Origin: an uncultured Methanoregulaceae archaeon
GTDB taxonomy: Archaea; Halobacteriota; Methanomicrobia; Methanomicrobiales; Methanospirillaceae
NCBI GenBank assembly: GCA_963717525.1
Contig: OY970343.1
Location: forward strand, 640,001 to 704,000
Length of the DNA stretch: 64,000 nt
Direction of reading: 5' to 3'
In this document: piece by piece, positions 30,987-41,282 of the stretch
How the letters are laid out: each line of letters opens with the position of its first letter
Numbering within the stretch: the first letter of the stretch is position 1
Made by a program: the position numbers and the translations under genes
Notes under the pieces: model-generated
Databases searched by the model: none
What the model was told of the DNA's origin: nothing
Seen by the model: only the letters and a program-made list of their open reading frames with translations

Positions 30987-31972
30987 GCAGACAATGCCTC
31001 CACGAGCAGGGTGTTCTCTTCATGGGTCCTCACGGCCACGCGGATGCAGGACGGAAGACCAAACGACGTGCAGTCACGGACAAGGATATCGTGGGTTTCA
31101 AGCCGGGCACACAACGGCCCTGCATCACGGGCACAGTCCACCAGCAGGTAATTGACAGAGGACGGGTGGTACTGCAGGCCCATTCCCTGAATCTTTTTCT
31201 GGAGAAAACCCCGCTCTTTTGCGATGTATGCACGGGATCTCTCCAGCTCATCCATGTGGGTAAATGCCTGCAGGGCAAATGCCTCCGCGTATGCATTTAC
31301 GCTCCAGGGTGGCCGAGCCGTTTCGATCTTTGCAACCAGATCCGGATCCCCAAAACCATATCCAAACCGGATGCCGGGAACGGCAAAACTTTTGGTGAGT
31401 GAACGCAGGACAAAAAAAGATCCTTTGTGTTGGTCGATCAGGGTCTCTGAAGGATCCGCAAGTTCGATAAATGCCTCATCGGCAAAGAGGATTCCCCCAT
31501 GTGACGATGCCACTCTCGCGCGGGCCAGCATGTCGGTACAGGCGTACAATTCACCGGTCGGATTGTTGGGATTGCAGACAAAAGAAACATCCGCGGTCTC
31601 CGGCCTGTCTGCTGCCATGGCACCGGCAAGCCGGGCGGAGAGCTCGTATTCCCCGAACGTAGGTGAGGTGGTATGGTAGGTTCTCTTACTGGAGAGCATG
31701 ATCGAACAAAAGACGCGGATCAGCTCAATAGATCCGTTACCTACACAGATCTCATCAATATTCCGGTGGAACACCTGTGCGATACACTCTTTGAGCCGTC
31801 TGTAGTCATTATCCGGGTATGATGAAAGGCACCCAGGCTCGCAGCTCCATGCGAACCGGGGGGGCAGGGGGTTGAGGCTCGCGCTGAAATCCAAAAGGTT
31901 TTTGCCTGTATTTTCCCGCTGTCGCTTTCCGGTTCCTCCATGAACTACTGGGTGCGGAAAATCAACAGCCAT
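30974..31972 (-). CDS. cobD: Threonine-phosphate decarboxylase (HisC-like PLP enzyme)
   Basis: HGG, DFSASLNP, CNPNNPTG, DEAF and RSLTKSFAVPGIRFG motifs. Confidence 0.82.
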   Translation of the reverse strand: MAVDFPHPVVHGGTGKRQRENTGKNLLDFSASLNPLPPRFAWSCEPGCLSSYPDNDYRRLKECIAQVFHRNIDEICVGNGSIELIRVFCSIMLSSKRTYHTTSPTFGEYELSARLAGAMAADRPETADVSFVCNPNNPTGELYACTDMLARARVASSHGGILFADEAFIELADPSETLIDQHKGSFFVLRSLTKSFAVPGIRFGYGFGDPDLVAKIETARPPWSVNAYAEAFALQAFTHMDELERSRAYIAKERGFLQKKIQGMGLQYHPSSVNYLLVDCARDAGPLCARLETHDILVRDCTSFGLPSCIRVAVRTHEENTLLVEALSACVR

Positions 31973-32054
31973 CAAATCGCCCGTTTTTTTTCAAAAATAC
32001 TTGGCCGGGAAGTCATAAATGCGTTTGGAGATCGGGCTTGAATCAAATGAGAAG

Positions 32055-32155
32055 GTATTTATATCATTGTGTTTCACTTTGGTTTATCTGGTTAAGTCAG
32101 ACACAAGAGTTCCCCTTGTCAGACATATGAATGACAAAAAGCAGACATATGTCGG
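32055..32155 (+). promoter_or_regulatory. cdrS-ftsZ promoter with phased CAGACA repeats
   Basis: TATA-like TTTATAT ~32058; CAGACA at 32098, 32120 and 32142. Confidence 0.55.
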
Positions 32156-32168
32156 AAATGGAGATACA

Positions 32169-32348
32169 ATGATGCAACGAATCACACTCCGGTTGCCCGA
32201 ACAGCAGATTGGCCTGCTCCAGCAGATGGTGGACGCGGGGGAGTATCCTAATGTTTCAGAAGCGGTCCGGGCCGCTGTCCGTGATCTTGTTGAGAAACGA
32301 GCGGGCCGTGTCTTAAAGGATAATGACCAGGTTTCATTCAAGGTATGA
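32169..32348 (+). CDS. cdrS: Ribbon-helix-helix cell division regulator CdrS
   Basis: RITLRLP..Q......[18 protein letters not shown]; directly upstream of ftsZ. Confidence 0.88.
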   Translation: MMQRITLRLPEQQIGLLQQMVDAGEYPNVSEAVRAAVRDLVEKRAGRVLKDNDQVSFKV

Positions 32349-32358
32349 GAGGGTAGAA

Positions 32359-33528
32359 ATGCAGAGCATAATTAACGATGCGTTAAAAAATTCCGAACTT
32401 GAAAAAGAGGTTAGCAAGTCCGGATCCAGTGCACCGGATGAAGATTTCCTTGGGCAGCCAAGAATTGTGATCATTGGTTGCGGTGGTGGCGGTAACAACA
32501 CCGTCAACCGTATCCACCACATGGGTGTCTCCGGTGCAGAAACGATTGCGATCAACACGGACAAGCAGCACCTGGACATGATCCAGGCTGACAAACGTGT
32601 CCTTATCGGGAAATCCCTGACCCGTGGTCTCGGTGCCGGTGGTTACCCCGATGTAGGTAAGCGTGCAGCCGAGATGGCCCGCCCGACCCTTGAAGCGCTG
32701 CTCGAATCAGCAGATCTGGTGTTTATTACCGCCGGTATGGGAGGAGGTACCGGTACTGGTTCAGCCCCGGTCGTTGCACAGGTTGCAAAGGAGCAGGGCG
32801 CAATCGTCGTCGGGATGGTCAGCTACCCGTTCCAGGTTGAAAAGGCCCGGCTGATCCGCGCAGAGGAAGGGCTTGAGGCACTCGCTGCGTCCGCTGACTC
32901 GGTTATCGTTCTCGATAACAACCGGCTCAAGAACTTTGTCCCGAACCTCCCCCTCGGTCAGGCATTCTCTGTAATGGACCAGCTCATCGGTGAGACCGTC
33001 AAGGGCATCTCCGAGACCATCACGGAACCCTCGCTCATCAACATCGACTACGCCGATGTCCGCGCGATCATGTCCAAGGGAGGCGTCGCATCCATGCTTG
33101 TCGGAGAGAGCAAGCAACAGAACAAGGCAGAAAGTGTCGTCAGGGAATGCTTAAGCAACCCGATGCTCGACATCGACTATCGCGGCGCAACCGGCAGCCT
33201 GATCCACATCACCGGTGGTACCGACCTTACCCTGCAGGATGCAGAAGAGGTTGCAACCTCGCTCACGTATGAACTTGACCCGCACGCCGATGTCATCTGG
33301 GGTGCCCGCGTCCGGCCCGACATGGAAGGCAAGATCCGTGTCCTCGCCATCATGACCGGTGTCAAGAGTGCGCAGATCCTCGGGACCCGCCAGTCCTACA
33401 AGACGATGGTCCAGGAGATCGACGCCAAGAGATCCAACCCAAAACAGGTTGAGATGCCCCAGGCCGCCCGGAAGGTTGCACCCCGTGACCAGACCAGCGG
33501 TGGCGGCGTCCTTGAATGGGTCGGCTGA
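32359..33528 (+). CDS. ftsZ: Cell division protein FtsZ (FtsZ2 type by cdrS synteny)
   Basis: [15 protein letters not shown] and INIDYAD motifs. Confidence 0.97.
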   Translation: MQSIINDALKNSELEKEVSKSGSSAPDEDFLGQPRIVIIGCGGGGNNTVNRIHHMGVSGAETIAINTDKQHLDMIQADKRVLIGKSLTRGLGAGGYPDVGKRAAEMARPTLEALLESADLVFITAGMGGGTGTGSAPVVAQVAKEQGAIVVGMVSYPFQVEKARLIRAEEGLEALAASADSVIVLDNNRLKNFVPNLPLGQAFSVMDQLIGETVKGISETITEPSLINIDYADVRAIMSKGGVASMLVGESKQQNKAESVVRECLSNPMLDIDYRGATGSLIHITGGTDLTLQDAEEVATSLTYELDPHADVIWGARVRPDMEGKIRVLAIMTGVKSAQILGTRQSYKTMVQEIDAKRSNPKQVEMPQAARKVAPRDQTSGGGVLEWVG

Positions 33529-33995
33529 ACGTCGTTATAAAAAATTAAAAAACAACCATACGTCCGGGGGAAATGGAAGCAAACCAGTCCTCCGGAATTT
33601 TTCATATGCTCTTCTAAAAACAGTTTTATCCGGCGGGAAGTGGCTTATTTACCCTGTTATCCGGCGAAATGCTTAAGAGGACTCCCCGCCTTTAAAATAT
33701 AGTACATTCGACCAGATCATCTGAAGGGAGAATGGTGGGCGATACCCTGAAAGGTATCATCCGGGTATCGGGAGTTGAACATCATGAATCGAGTGTCGAA
33801 CAAAGACTTCTTGTTGAAGTCTTGCAAAGAGTTTAAGAAACGATTCTTTTCTGATGTTTTTTGCCCTGCATCAGGCATGCAGAGCGGCCATTGCCGGGAA
33901 GCGCAGGTTTTGCGCGTTGCCCCTGCTGGTTTTTGCCCCTTACCCCCATGTGCCTGCCCAGCCCTTACAGGAGACAGGATGAGGAGTGGTACCGC

Positions 33996-34856
33996 ATGTT
34001 GAATGACTTAATGGAAAAGAGAAAGAAGATCCTTGCCGAGTCTGAACAGCACAAAAACCGAAGAAACGAGCTCAACGCTACCGCGAGCAAATCTGCGCGG
34101 GAGAGGAACACGCTCAATAACCAGACCCGGGAGTTTGTGGAAGAGGCCCAGAAGAACAAGGATCTCAGGGACAAGTTCAACCAGGAAGTTCTTGACCTCA
34201 AGGCACAGCGCAATGAATTAAACGACAAGGCAAATGTGCTGTTTGAGGACATTGAGGTCTTCAAAAAAGAGCACGGCTCACTCAAGAACCGGGGCATCAA
34301 GGAACTCCAGAAGCAGATCGAGTACATGGAGTACCGGCAGCAGACCGAGGTCTTTACCACCGATAAGGAGCGCGAGCTTATCGAGAAGATCAAGCAGATG
34401 AAAGGCCAGGTCAAGGAACAGGAGGCCGAGCTCGAGCAGAACAAGGAGATGCGGACAAAGATCTCCTCTGCCCGGGACTTTCGCAAGCAAGCATCAGATC
34501 TTCACGCAAAAGTGACAGAACTTGCCGAACTTGCCCAGAAGCACCACGACCTGATGGTCGAATCCTACCGGAAGGCCGACAAATCCCGCGAAGCCGCTGA
34601 TGCTGCCCACAAGAGTTTTGTCGAGGCACAGGAATCTGCCGATGCCGAGCACAAATCCTTCATTGCCTGCCAGAAAGAACTGCGCGATTATGATAAGGTT
34701 ATCTCCGGCCTGCGCAAGAAAACAAAGAAGGTCAAGGTATCAAAAGAACAGAAAGCCGTCCGCCAGGAAGCAGAGCACCTGTTCAAAAACTTCCGGGCAG
34801 GAGAAAAACTTACAACAGACGATATCCTCCTGCTCCAGCGTTCAAAACTCATCTGA
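33996..34856 (+). CDS. Conserved archaeal coiled-coil protein (COG1340-like)
   Basis: Heptad-rich throughout; EYRQQT and FRAGEKLTTDDILLLQ motifs; GAGG RBS upstream. Confidence 0.85.
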   Translation: MLNDLMEKRKKILAESEQHKNRRNELNATASKSARERNTLNNQTREFVEEAQKNKDLRDKFNQEVLDLKAQRNELNDKANVLFEDIEVFKKEHGSLKNRGIKELQKQIEYMEYRQQTEVFTTDKERELIEKIKQMKGQVKEQEAELEQNKEMRTKISSARDFRKQASDLHAKVTELAELAQKHHDLMVESYRKADKSREAADAAHKSFVEAQESADAEHKSFIACQKELRDYDKVISGLRKKTKKVKVSKEQKAVRQEAEHLFKNFRAGEKLTTDDILLLQRSKLI

Positions 34857-34929
34857 TCCCCTCTATAGTCAATTCTTTTTTCCTGTCGCAGGTAATAATT
34901 AATAGATTTACAGTGACTCTATTATACCA

Positions 34930-36063
34930 ATGACAAAAGATCGGACTCTCGTCCTGAGTGTTGACCGGGACGATGATATCGGGTGGAAGGCCAGGATAGA
35001 AAGCCCGGTCGTCGGAAGGCAGGAATGCCTGAAGGCTGCTGACGGGCTTGCTCTTGCCGACCCGGAAGACTCCGATGTCAATGCCATATTTTCAGCGGTA
35101 AAAATTTATGATGAGCTGATTGCAAAAGGGGAAGAAGCAGTCGTCGCCGTTATCGCCGGCAATCACCTCCACATGATTGAAGGCGACCGGAAGATCGCAG
35201 CAACCCTCGATGACGTGATAAAAGCGACACAACCGACATCCTGTATCCTTGTATCTGACGGGGCAGAAGACGAGTTTGTGGTGCCCATCATCCAGTCCCG
35301 GATCCCGGTGGCGAGCATCCGCCGCGTGATTGTCAACCAGATGCCGAACCTTGAAGGGACGTACTATATCCTGAAAAAGCTCCTTGACGACCCGAAAGTG
35401 TCGAGGGTCGTTTTTGTCCCTCTTGGCCTAGCCATGCTGTTATATGCGAGTGCATTTATCCTGGGGTACCCTGGAACCGCCACCATCGTCGTTATTGGTG
35501 TCATTGGGATGTACCTGTTGTACAAAGGGTTTGGCCTGGATGAGGTAATCCACGGTATTATCAATGCACTCCGTGCGTCGATGTCCCGCGGCAGATTTTC
35601 CTTTGTTACGTACTCGACTACCATCGTTCTTGCAGTCATCGGATTTACTATTGGCTTTTTTACTGTCCTGAATTATTATGCGGCAGACAACAGCTTGGGC
35701 GTCCTTCTGTATGTCATGAGTTTCATTTACGGGGCGATCATCTGGCTGATCATTGCCGGCCTCGTCACCTCGGTTGGCGTCATCATCGATGTCTATATCA
35801 ATGAGCGGGAGAATCTGGCAAAAGTCATCGTTTTCCCGTTCTTTGTGACGGCAATCGGGCTTATCCTGTACGGTGCCAGCACTTACATCCTTGCGGTCAG
35901 TAGTGTCACTGGTTTCCCTATCACCCCTGCATCTGCCGGGACCTATATCCTGTACTCGACCCTGATCGGGCTTGTGTGTGCGATTGCCGGTGTCTTTGTC
36001 CAGTATGTTCTTGTGAAACGGCAGGCAGAAACGCAAAAGGAAGCCATCATCGAGACAATCTGA
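34930..36063 (+). CDS. DUF373 family membrane protein
   Basis: VDRDDDIG, DPEDSDVN, SDGAEDE and EGTYY motifs, then about 6 TM segments. Confidence 0.9.
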   Translation: MTKDRTLVLSVDRDDDIGWKARIESPVVGRQECLKAADGLALADPEDSDVNAIFSAVKIYDELIAKGEEAVVAVIAGNHLHMIEGDRKIAATLDDVIKATQPTSCILVSDGAEDEFVVPIIQSRIPVASIRRVIVNQMPNLEGTYYILKKLLDDPKVSRVVFVPLGLAMLLYASAFILGYPGTATIVVIGVIGMYLLYKGFGLDEVIHGIINALRASMSRGRFSFVTYSTTIVLAVIGFTIGFFTVLNYYAADNSLGVLLYVMSFIYGAIIWLIIAGLVTSVGVIIDVYINERENLAKVIVFPFFVTAIGLILYGASTYILAVSSVTGFPITPASAGTYILYSTLIGLVCAIAGVFVQYVLVKRQAETQKEAIIETI

Positions 36064-36314
36064 TCCCCGCCAATCCTTTTTTATCGGGAGTACATGTCCG
36101 TCTGGAGATAAACATCTCTCTAAAGAAACCCGGTTTACCCCATCCTGATAAGAAACGTATCGGTCGCCCGGTGGATAGCATGCGAGGTCCCGGCACAACG
36201 GACCTTCTCCGGTTCCATCGAAGCAGCATTCTTTCCGGGAAAAATATCTGTCAGCAGTGCCCTGAGAGTGTCCCGTTCGGATATTCCATCAGGTTTCTTC
36301 TTTGTTGCCTAGTT

Positions 36315-36830
36315 CTACGGGCCTGCGAAGCTGGAAAAGGATTGCGTCGATGACGTCTGTTCCGGCGTTTGATTTATTGTCGCAGTCTCAAAATAACCCA
36401 TTCCATCAGGGAACAGGTTTGTATTGGTAAAGTTTCGCACGACCTGGGGTGACGCTACTGTGAGTTTAGGAATAACAACATTGAACTGGTGCGTCGGAAA
36501 CCAGTAAACTCCGTTCCCGTACGAATATGCCGCCTGATCTACCACAAATTCTGCGTCTGAAAGATTGACAAATTGCATCTGCACATCGTCATAATTGAGA
36601 ATTGTTATCAGTTTGTTTTTCAGATCCTGTTTTCCCAGCAAAAAAAAGATGATCCTCGTCCCTTCATCGACAGAATAATGCATATCCACAAGCGCTGTGT
36701 CGTTATGTAACTGGATCTGTACGGACTCGAGAGTAATATAACCGTATCGTTCATCGTTAGCCGCTGCCGCGGGCGCTATACAGAGCACGATCAGGAAGAG
36801 ACTGATACATGCGGCAGCACGTGTATTCAT
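36315..36830 (-). CDS. Secreted hypothetical protein
   Basis: Signal peptide (APAAA) and coding-like composition. Confidence 0.7.
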   Translation of the reverse strand: MNTRAAACISLFLIVLCIAPAAAANDERYGYITLESVQIQLHNDTALVDMHYSVDEGTRIIFFLLGKQDLKNKLITILNYDDVQMQFVNLSDAEFVVDQAAYSYGNGVYWFPTHQFNVVIPKLTVASPQVVRNFTNTNLFPDGMGYFETATINQTPEQTSSTQSFSSFAGP

Positions 36831-36939
36831 AACACTATCAGTGTGAAGGCACCAGTTAAATGGTTTACGGTTATCGTGATGCTCTTAATCACGTCGGTAG
36901 TACTGACATGTATGCACTACTGCCGTTCGGCAAAAAAAA

Positions 36940-37233
36940 TTATTTTTTTGCTAAAAGGATTATCTCGATGCTCGAGACATTGGTTTTGCCGGTGTCAGTA
37001 TCGATTACTTCAGTTGAGGTCACGATATCCTTCTTGGTAACACCATCCAGGAACCGGTTCAACGCGATCTCCGCTGTATCGACCGCCCGCGAGATCGCCT
37101 TGCCCCGGGCCTTGATGGCTACTTCGCTTGCCCCATTGTTAAACTGGGTGACAACAGCCAGCACATAGTTCATGACCGGCTTGTTTCCCACAAACACGGT
37201 GTTTTCCTTCATCGGCTGCATGGTGGTTTCCAT
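36940..37233 (-). CDS. albA: Chromatin protein Alba
   Basis: [26 protein letters not shown] and VSSIEI motifs. Confidence 0.96.
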   Translation of the reverse strand: METTMQPMKENTVFVGNKPVMNYVLAVVTQFNNGASEVAIKARGKAISRAVDTAEIALNRFLDGVTKKDIVTSTEVIDTDTGKTNVSSIEIILLAKK

Positions 37234-37238
37234 AGGAA

Positions 37239-38256
37239 TCACAGGTACTTCTTCTTTGTAATCAGTTCAGCATTCAGCACACTTGCACCAGCTGCGCCGC
37301 GGATCGTGTTATGTCCCATGGCCACGAACCGGAGGCCTTCCCGCACACGGCCGACTGAGACCGTCATACCGCGGCCACGCATGCGGTCGAGCCGGGGCTG
37401 GGGCCGGTCATCATCCAAAAACAGGTGCACGGATTCCGCAGGCTGGGTGGGCAGGCCTTTGATCGGGGGTTTGTAGTCCATGTAGGCTTTTTTTACCTTC
37501 TCGACCGGTTCTTTGATGTCGGCCCAGACCGCCATGGTATGCCCGTCGATGACCGGGACACGGTGGCAGCTTGCGCTCACGTGGAACGGTGGATTTGCCA
37601 CTTTCTTTCCTTTGAGTGTACCCATGATCTTGAGGGTCTCGGTCTCCATTTTCTCCTCTTCTTTTCCGATATAGGGAATGACATTGTCGTAGATGGACAT
37701 GGCCGCCACGCCGGGCAAAACCGGCTCCCGATATGGCCTGCATCGTGGCGACCCGGATATCGGAGAACTTGAATTTCCGTAATGGCGCAAGTGCCATGAC
37801 AAGCATGATCGTGGAACAGTTCGGGTTTGTCACGATAAACCCGTCCCGTCCGGCGTCCCGCTGGACATCGATCAGCCCCAGGTGCTCAGGGTTGACCTCG
37901 GGCACGACGAGGGGTACCATCGGCTCCATCCGGTGTGAACTTGCATTACTGCAGACGGCAATGCCTGCATCCGCAAATGTGTTCTCCACATCCATCGCAA
38001 TTTCAGCGGGAAGCGCGGAGAAGACGAGGTCCACACCCTTCATTGCGGAAGGGGTGATGCTGGTAACTTTAAGTTTTGCAATCTTCTCCGGGAACGGCGT
38101 TTCAAGGCGCCAGTTTACCACTCTTCCATAGGGTTTTCCCGCACTGCGTTCCGAGGCCGCGAGAGTTGTCAGATTGAACCAGGGATGATCTGATAATTGT
38201 TCGACAAATCGCTGACCAACCGCGCCCGTAGCACCGAGCACTCCAACATTGATCAT
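37239..38256 (-). CDS. asd: Aspartate-semialdehyde dehydrogenase; +1 frameshift ~37712
   Basis: [22 protein letters not shown] and HNTIRGAAG motifs, split over two ORFs. Confidence 0.95.
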
Positions 38257-38505
38257 AACTGACAGGTCCTGTGTGTTGTTTGTATTTCCCGTTTGAGATG
38301 ATGGCGGGTTGTAAAATCCCATTTCACCTGCGATAATAAAAACATTGTTTTTTACAGTTACCTGCATGTTTCCCAGAAACCGTAACATCCACGCCGACCA
38401 ATTATGGCAGTATAAATTGTAGCATGGGTATCGGTGGTGGTATTATCTCTCATTTAACGGGCCCAAGTGGGGGCCAAAAAAAGTGGTTGCTTAAAGGAAG
38501 AAAAA

Positions 38506-38679
38506 TTATTCCATATGAATTGCTTCAGACGGGCAGGCATCCACGCAGGTCTGGCAGTCCACGCACATATCCTTGTCAACCTTGGCTTTTTCGTTATCCA
38601 TGGATATTGCGGATGCCGGGCATTCATTCACACAGGTTTCGCATCCAGTGCATTTTGTTGTATCAATCACAGCTACCAA
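38506..38679 (-). CDS. 2x[4Fe-4S] ferredoxin
   Basis: Two CxxCxxCxxxCP motifs. Start is probably TTG 38679. Confidence 0.92.
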   Translation of the reverse strand: MVAVIDTTKCTGCETCVNECPASAISMDNEKAKVDKDMCVDCQTCVDACPSEAIHME

Positions 38680-38753
38680 AGAGTTCACTCCATCGTAATA
38701 ATTCGGTTAAAGATAAAAAATATGTTTCGATTTGAACAGATCGGGAGGAAGGG

Positions 38754-39521
38754 TCATTTTTTGTGCAGGCCAAGGACATCGTTCATGCTATAGATACCCG
38801 GTTTTTTGTCTGCGACCCAGCGGGCGGCCCGCAGGGCTCCGCTTGCAAAGACCGACCGGTCGTACGCCCGGTGGGAGATCTCAATCGTCTCGAAGTTTTT
38901 CGAGAACATGACCGTATGATCCCCGACAATATCCCCTCCCCGGATTACATGGACGCCGATCTCGTTACCCCGCTCCATCATGCCCTCGCGGCCATAGAGC
39001 TTTTTCCGGGCCCCGATTTCCTCGTCAAGGATCTGCAGGATGGTCTTAGCCGTCCCGCTCGGGGCATCCTTCTTGTTCCGGTGGTGCGCCTCGATCACTT
39101 CGATGTCGTAATCCCCGAGCAGTGTTCCTGCCTCCCGCACCAGCTGCCAGAAGATGTTGACGCCAACCGAGAAGTTGCTCGATATCACGGCAGGGACATG
39201 CCCGTTGATGGCTTTTGCCATGACCTCGCGTTGTTCCGGTGTAAATCCGGTCGTTCCTACTATGAGGGCCACGTGGTTTTTTGCCGCGACTTTGACGTTC
39301 TCGACTGCCGCATGTGCGATGGTGAAATCGATCAGAACATCGGGTTTTTTACTTTTTAAGAGCGATTCGATGTCCTGCGCTGCCACAATGTCAACGCCGA
39401 AAAAGTTGCCCGGGTGAAGATCGATACCGCCGGCCAATTCGAGGTCCGGCGATTCTTTTACCATCCTTCCCAGTGTCTGGCCCATGCGGCCGGAGGCGCC
39501 GCAGATAACAATTTTTGCCAT
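38754..39521 (-). CDS. dapB: 4-hydroxy-tetrahydrodipicolinate reductase
   Basis: GASGRMG, GTTG, EAHHRNKKDAPSGTA motifs. Confidence 0.97.
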   Translation of the reverse strand: MAKIVICGASGRMGQTLGRMVKESPDLELAGGIDLHPGNFFGVDIVAAQDIESLLKSKKPDVLIDFTIAHAAVENVKVAAKNHVALIVGTTGFTPEQREVMAKAINGHVPAVISSNFSVGVNIFWQLVREAGTLLGDYDIEVIEAHHRNKKDAPSGTAKTILQILDEEIGARKKLYGREGMMERGNEIGVHVIRGGDIVGDHTVMFSKNFETIEISHRAYDRSVFASGALRAARWVADKKPGIYSMNDVLGLHKK

Positions 39522-39528
39522 GATCAGT

Positions 39529-40458
39529 TCACCGCTGCCTGTGTTTTACGGCAGGTTTTTTCTTCTGCACGGTCTTTTTTGCGACTGGGATGGAGGCAAG
39601 GACTTTTTTTAGGTCTGCGGTCTTTTTCTCGTCGAGATTATCCAGCGGGAGCCGGACCGGCCCACCTGCCATGCCCATCAGTTCCACAGCTTTCTTCACC
39701 GGGATCGGGTTGGTATCGATGAACATCGAGCGGAAGAGGGGTGAGAGGGCGTAATGCAGGGCAAGCGCTTTTTTCCAGTCGCCTTTTTTTGCCGCCTCGC
39801 AGAGGGCTACCATCCGTGTGGGATCCACGTTTGCTGCGACCGAGATCACACCTTTTCCGCCGAGCGCCATGATCGGGAGGGTGAGGTTGTCATCGCCAGA
39901 GATCACGGCAAAGTCCTCATCCAGGGTCATCTCGATGATTCGCGACACCTGCCCGATATTACCGCTGGCCTCCTTGATCCCGACAATGTTGGGGTGCCCT
40001 GCCAGCTCGGCAATCAGGTCAGGTTCGAGGTTCTGGCCCGTGCGGCCGGGAACGTTGTAGATGACCACTGGGATGTCAAGATCGGCAAGTTTTGTATAAT
40101 GCTTAACGAGTCCCGCACGGTTGGGTTTATTGTAATACGGGCTGATAACGAGCACGCCATCAGCGCCGGTGTCCTTTGCCGCCTTAGTAAGGATGACTGC
40201 TTCCGCCGTATTATTTGAACCCGTGCCAGCAAGAACAGGGACCTTGCCGTTGACCATATCAATGGTGACGCTGACAACCTTTTCATGCTCGGCAAATGAG
40301 AGCGTTGCCGATTCTCCGGTTGAGCCGCAGGGTACGATCCCGTGGATGCCACAGAACAGGAGGTACTCAATGTTTCGTTCAAGGCCAGGAACGTCAAGGC
40401 CCATCGCGGAATTACGTTTAAAAGGGGTAATTATAGCGGGAAGGACACCTTCGAACAT
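39529..40458 (-). CDS. dapA: 4-hydroxy-tetrahydrodipicolinate synthase
   Basis: GSTGE, PYYNKP, YNVPGRT, GIKEA and NPIPVK motifs. Confidence 0.97.
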   Translation of the reverse strand: MFEGVLPAIITPFKRNSAMGLDVPGLERNIEYLLFCGIHGIVPCGSTGESATLSFAEHEKVVSVTIDMVNGKVPVLAGTGSNNTAEAVILTKAAKDTGADGVLVISPYYNKPNRAGLVKHYTKLADLDIPVVIYNVPGRTGQNLEPDLIAELAGHPNIVGIKEASGNIGQVSRIIEMTLDEDFAVISGDDNLTLPIMALGGKGVISVAANVDPTRMVALCEAAKKGDWKKALALHYALSPLFRSMFIDTNPIPVKKAVELMGMAGGPVRLPLDNLDEKKTADLKKVLASIPVAKKTVQKKKPAVKHRQR

Positions 40459-40466
40459 AACAAGGG

Positions 40467-40658
40467 TTATGGGTGTCTTTTTGTATTAATTTTTCTTGTA
40501 ATATATCCGGCAACACGGTTCCGGACCCGCTTGCTGTCTATGGATGCCGATGATGCCAGCTGCTGCTTGTTTGCGTCAAAGTTGTTCGAAAAGTTCTCTT
40601 TCTGGGTGGAAAGGAGTGCAGTACCAATGGTCTTGATGTACGATGGCTTTATTCCCAT
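40467..40658 (-). CDS. rps17e: 30S ribosomal protein S17e
   Basis: GIKPSYIK, FDANK and SKRVRNRVAGYIT motifs. Confidence 0.96.
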   Translation of the reverse strand: MGIKPSYIKTIGTALLSTQKENFSNNFDANKQQLASSASIDSKRVRNRVAGYITRKINTKRHP

Positions 40659-40668
40659 GAAATATTCC

Positions 40669-41226
40669 TCAAAGTTCTATACGTATAATGCGGTTTGACA
40701 ACATAATAATATTGCCCGAGACCTCCACCGGGTTTTCACCGAACAGGTGGATTTTGGCGGAATCGTTCGGGGCGCCGGGATCGACGATCACTTCCGGCAT
40801 CCCGTCCCTGCAGCAGGAAGCCACGCCCCAATCCATCGTGGCAACCCCCGGGGGTTGCCCGCGGCGTTCAACTGTGCAGCACTCAAGAAACATACTGGCA
40901 AGGATGCGGCCGGCCTCATCTGTATACCGTATCGTTGCCGCACAGCGTATGCTTGGGTCAAATTTCGCGGCGGTAAGAATAATTTTTGCCAGCGTTTCAT
41001 CGGCGCCAAACCCGCAGGCCCCCGCTGCCCTGACTATAGTGTCCTGCACCACAAATCCCCCGCTGACCGCAGCGACCCCGGCACTGTCCCGGGCACCCCT
41101 GATGGCATACCCGATGTTTGTTCCGGCTTCTGCAACCAGAGTTGGGGCTATTGATTCTGAAAGGAGTCTTGCGACACGCGAGAGCTCCGCAAGTACATCG
41201 TTTCTTTGCTGCTCCGGACTGATCAT
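40669..41226 (-). CDS. Stand-alone ThiN-like (thiamine-phosphate synthase family) domain protein
   Basis: EAGTNIGYA, VAAVSG, FG, TMDWG and LFGENP resemble ThiN motifs but are divergent. Confidence 0.72.
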   Translation of the reverse strand: MISPEQQRNDVLAELSRVARLLSESIAPTLVAEAGTNIGYAIRGARDSAGVAAVSGGFVVQDTIVRAAGACGFGADETLAKIILTAAKFDPSIRCAATIRYTDEAGRILASMFLECCTVERRGQPPGVATMDWGVASCCRDGMPEVIVDPGAPNDSAKIHLFGENPVEVSGNIIMLSNRIIRIEL

Positions 41227-41282
41227 CGTACTCTCACCTCTGTTGATCCGGGTGGTTTTTATTCTCTCCTGCTATCGGATAT

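Noticed and set aside
33529..33680. ORB-like TCCGGGGGAAATGGA next to an AT-rich tract (possible origin)
   Set aside because: Single weak match with no cdc6/orc1 nearby; a similar string occurs at ~3950, so chance is likely.
36930..36951. GCAAAAAAAATTATTTTTTTGC palindrome at the albA stop
   Set aside because: Explained by terminal Lys codons followed by an ordinary oligo-T terminator.
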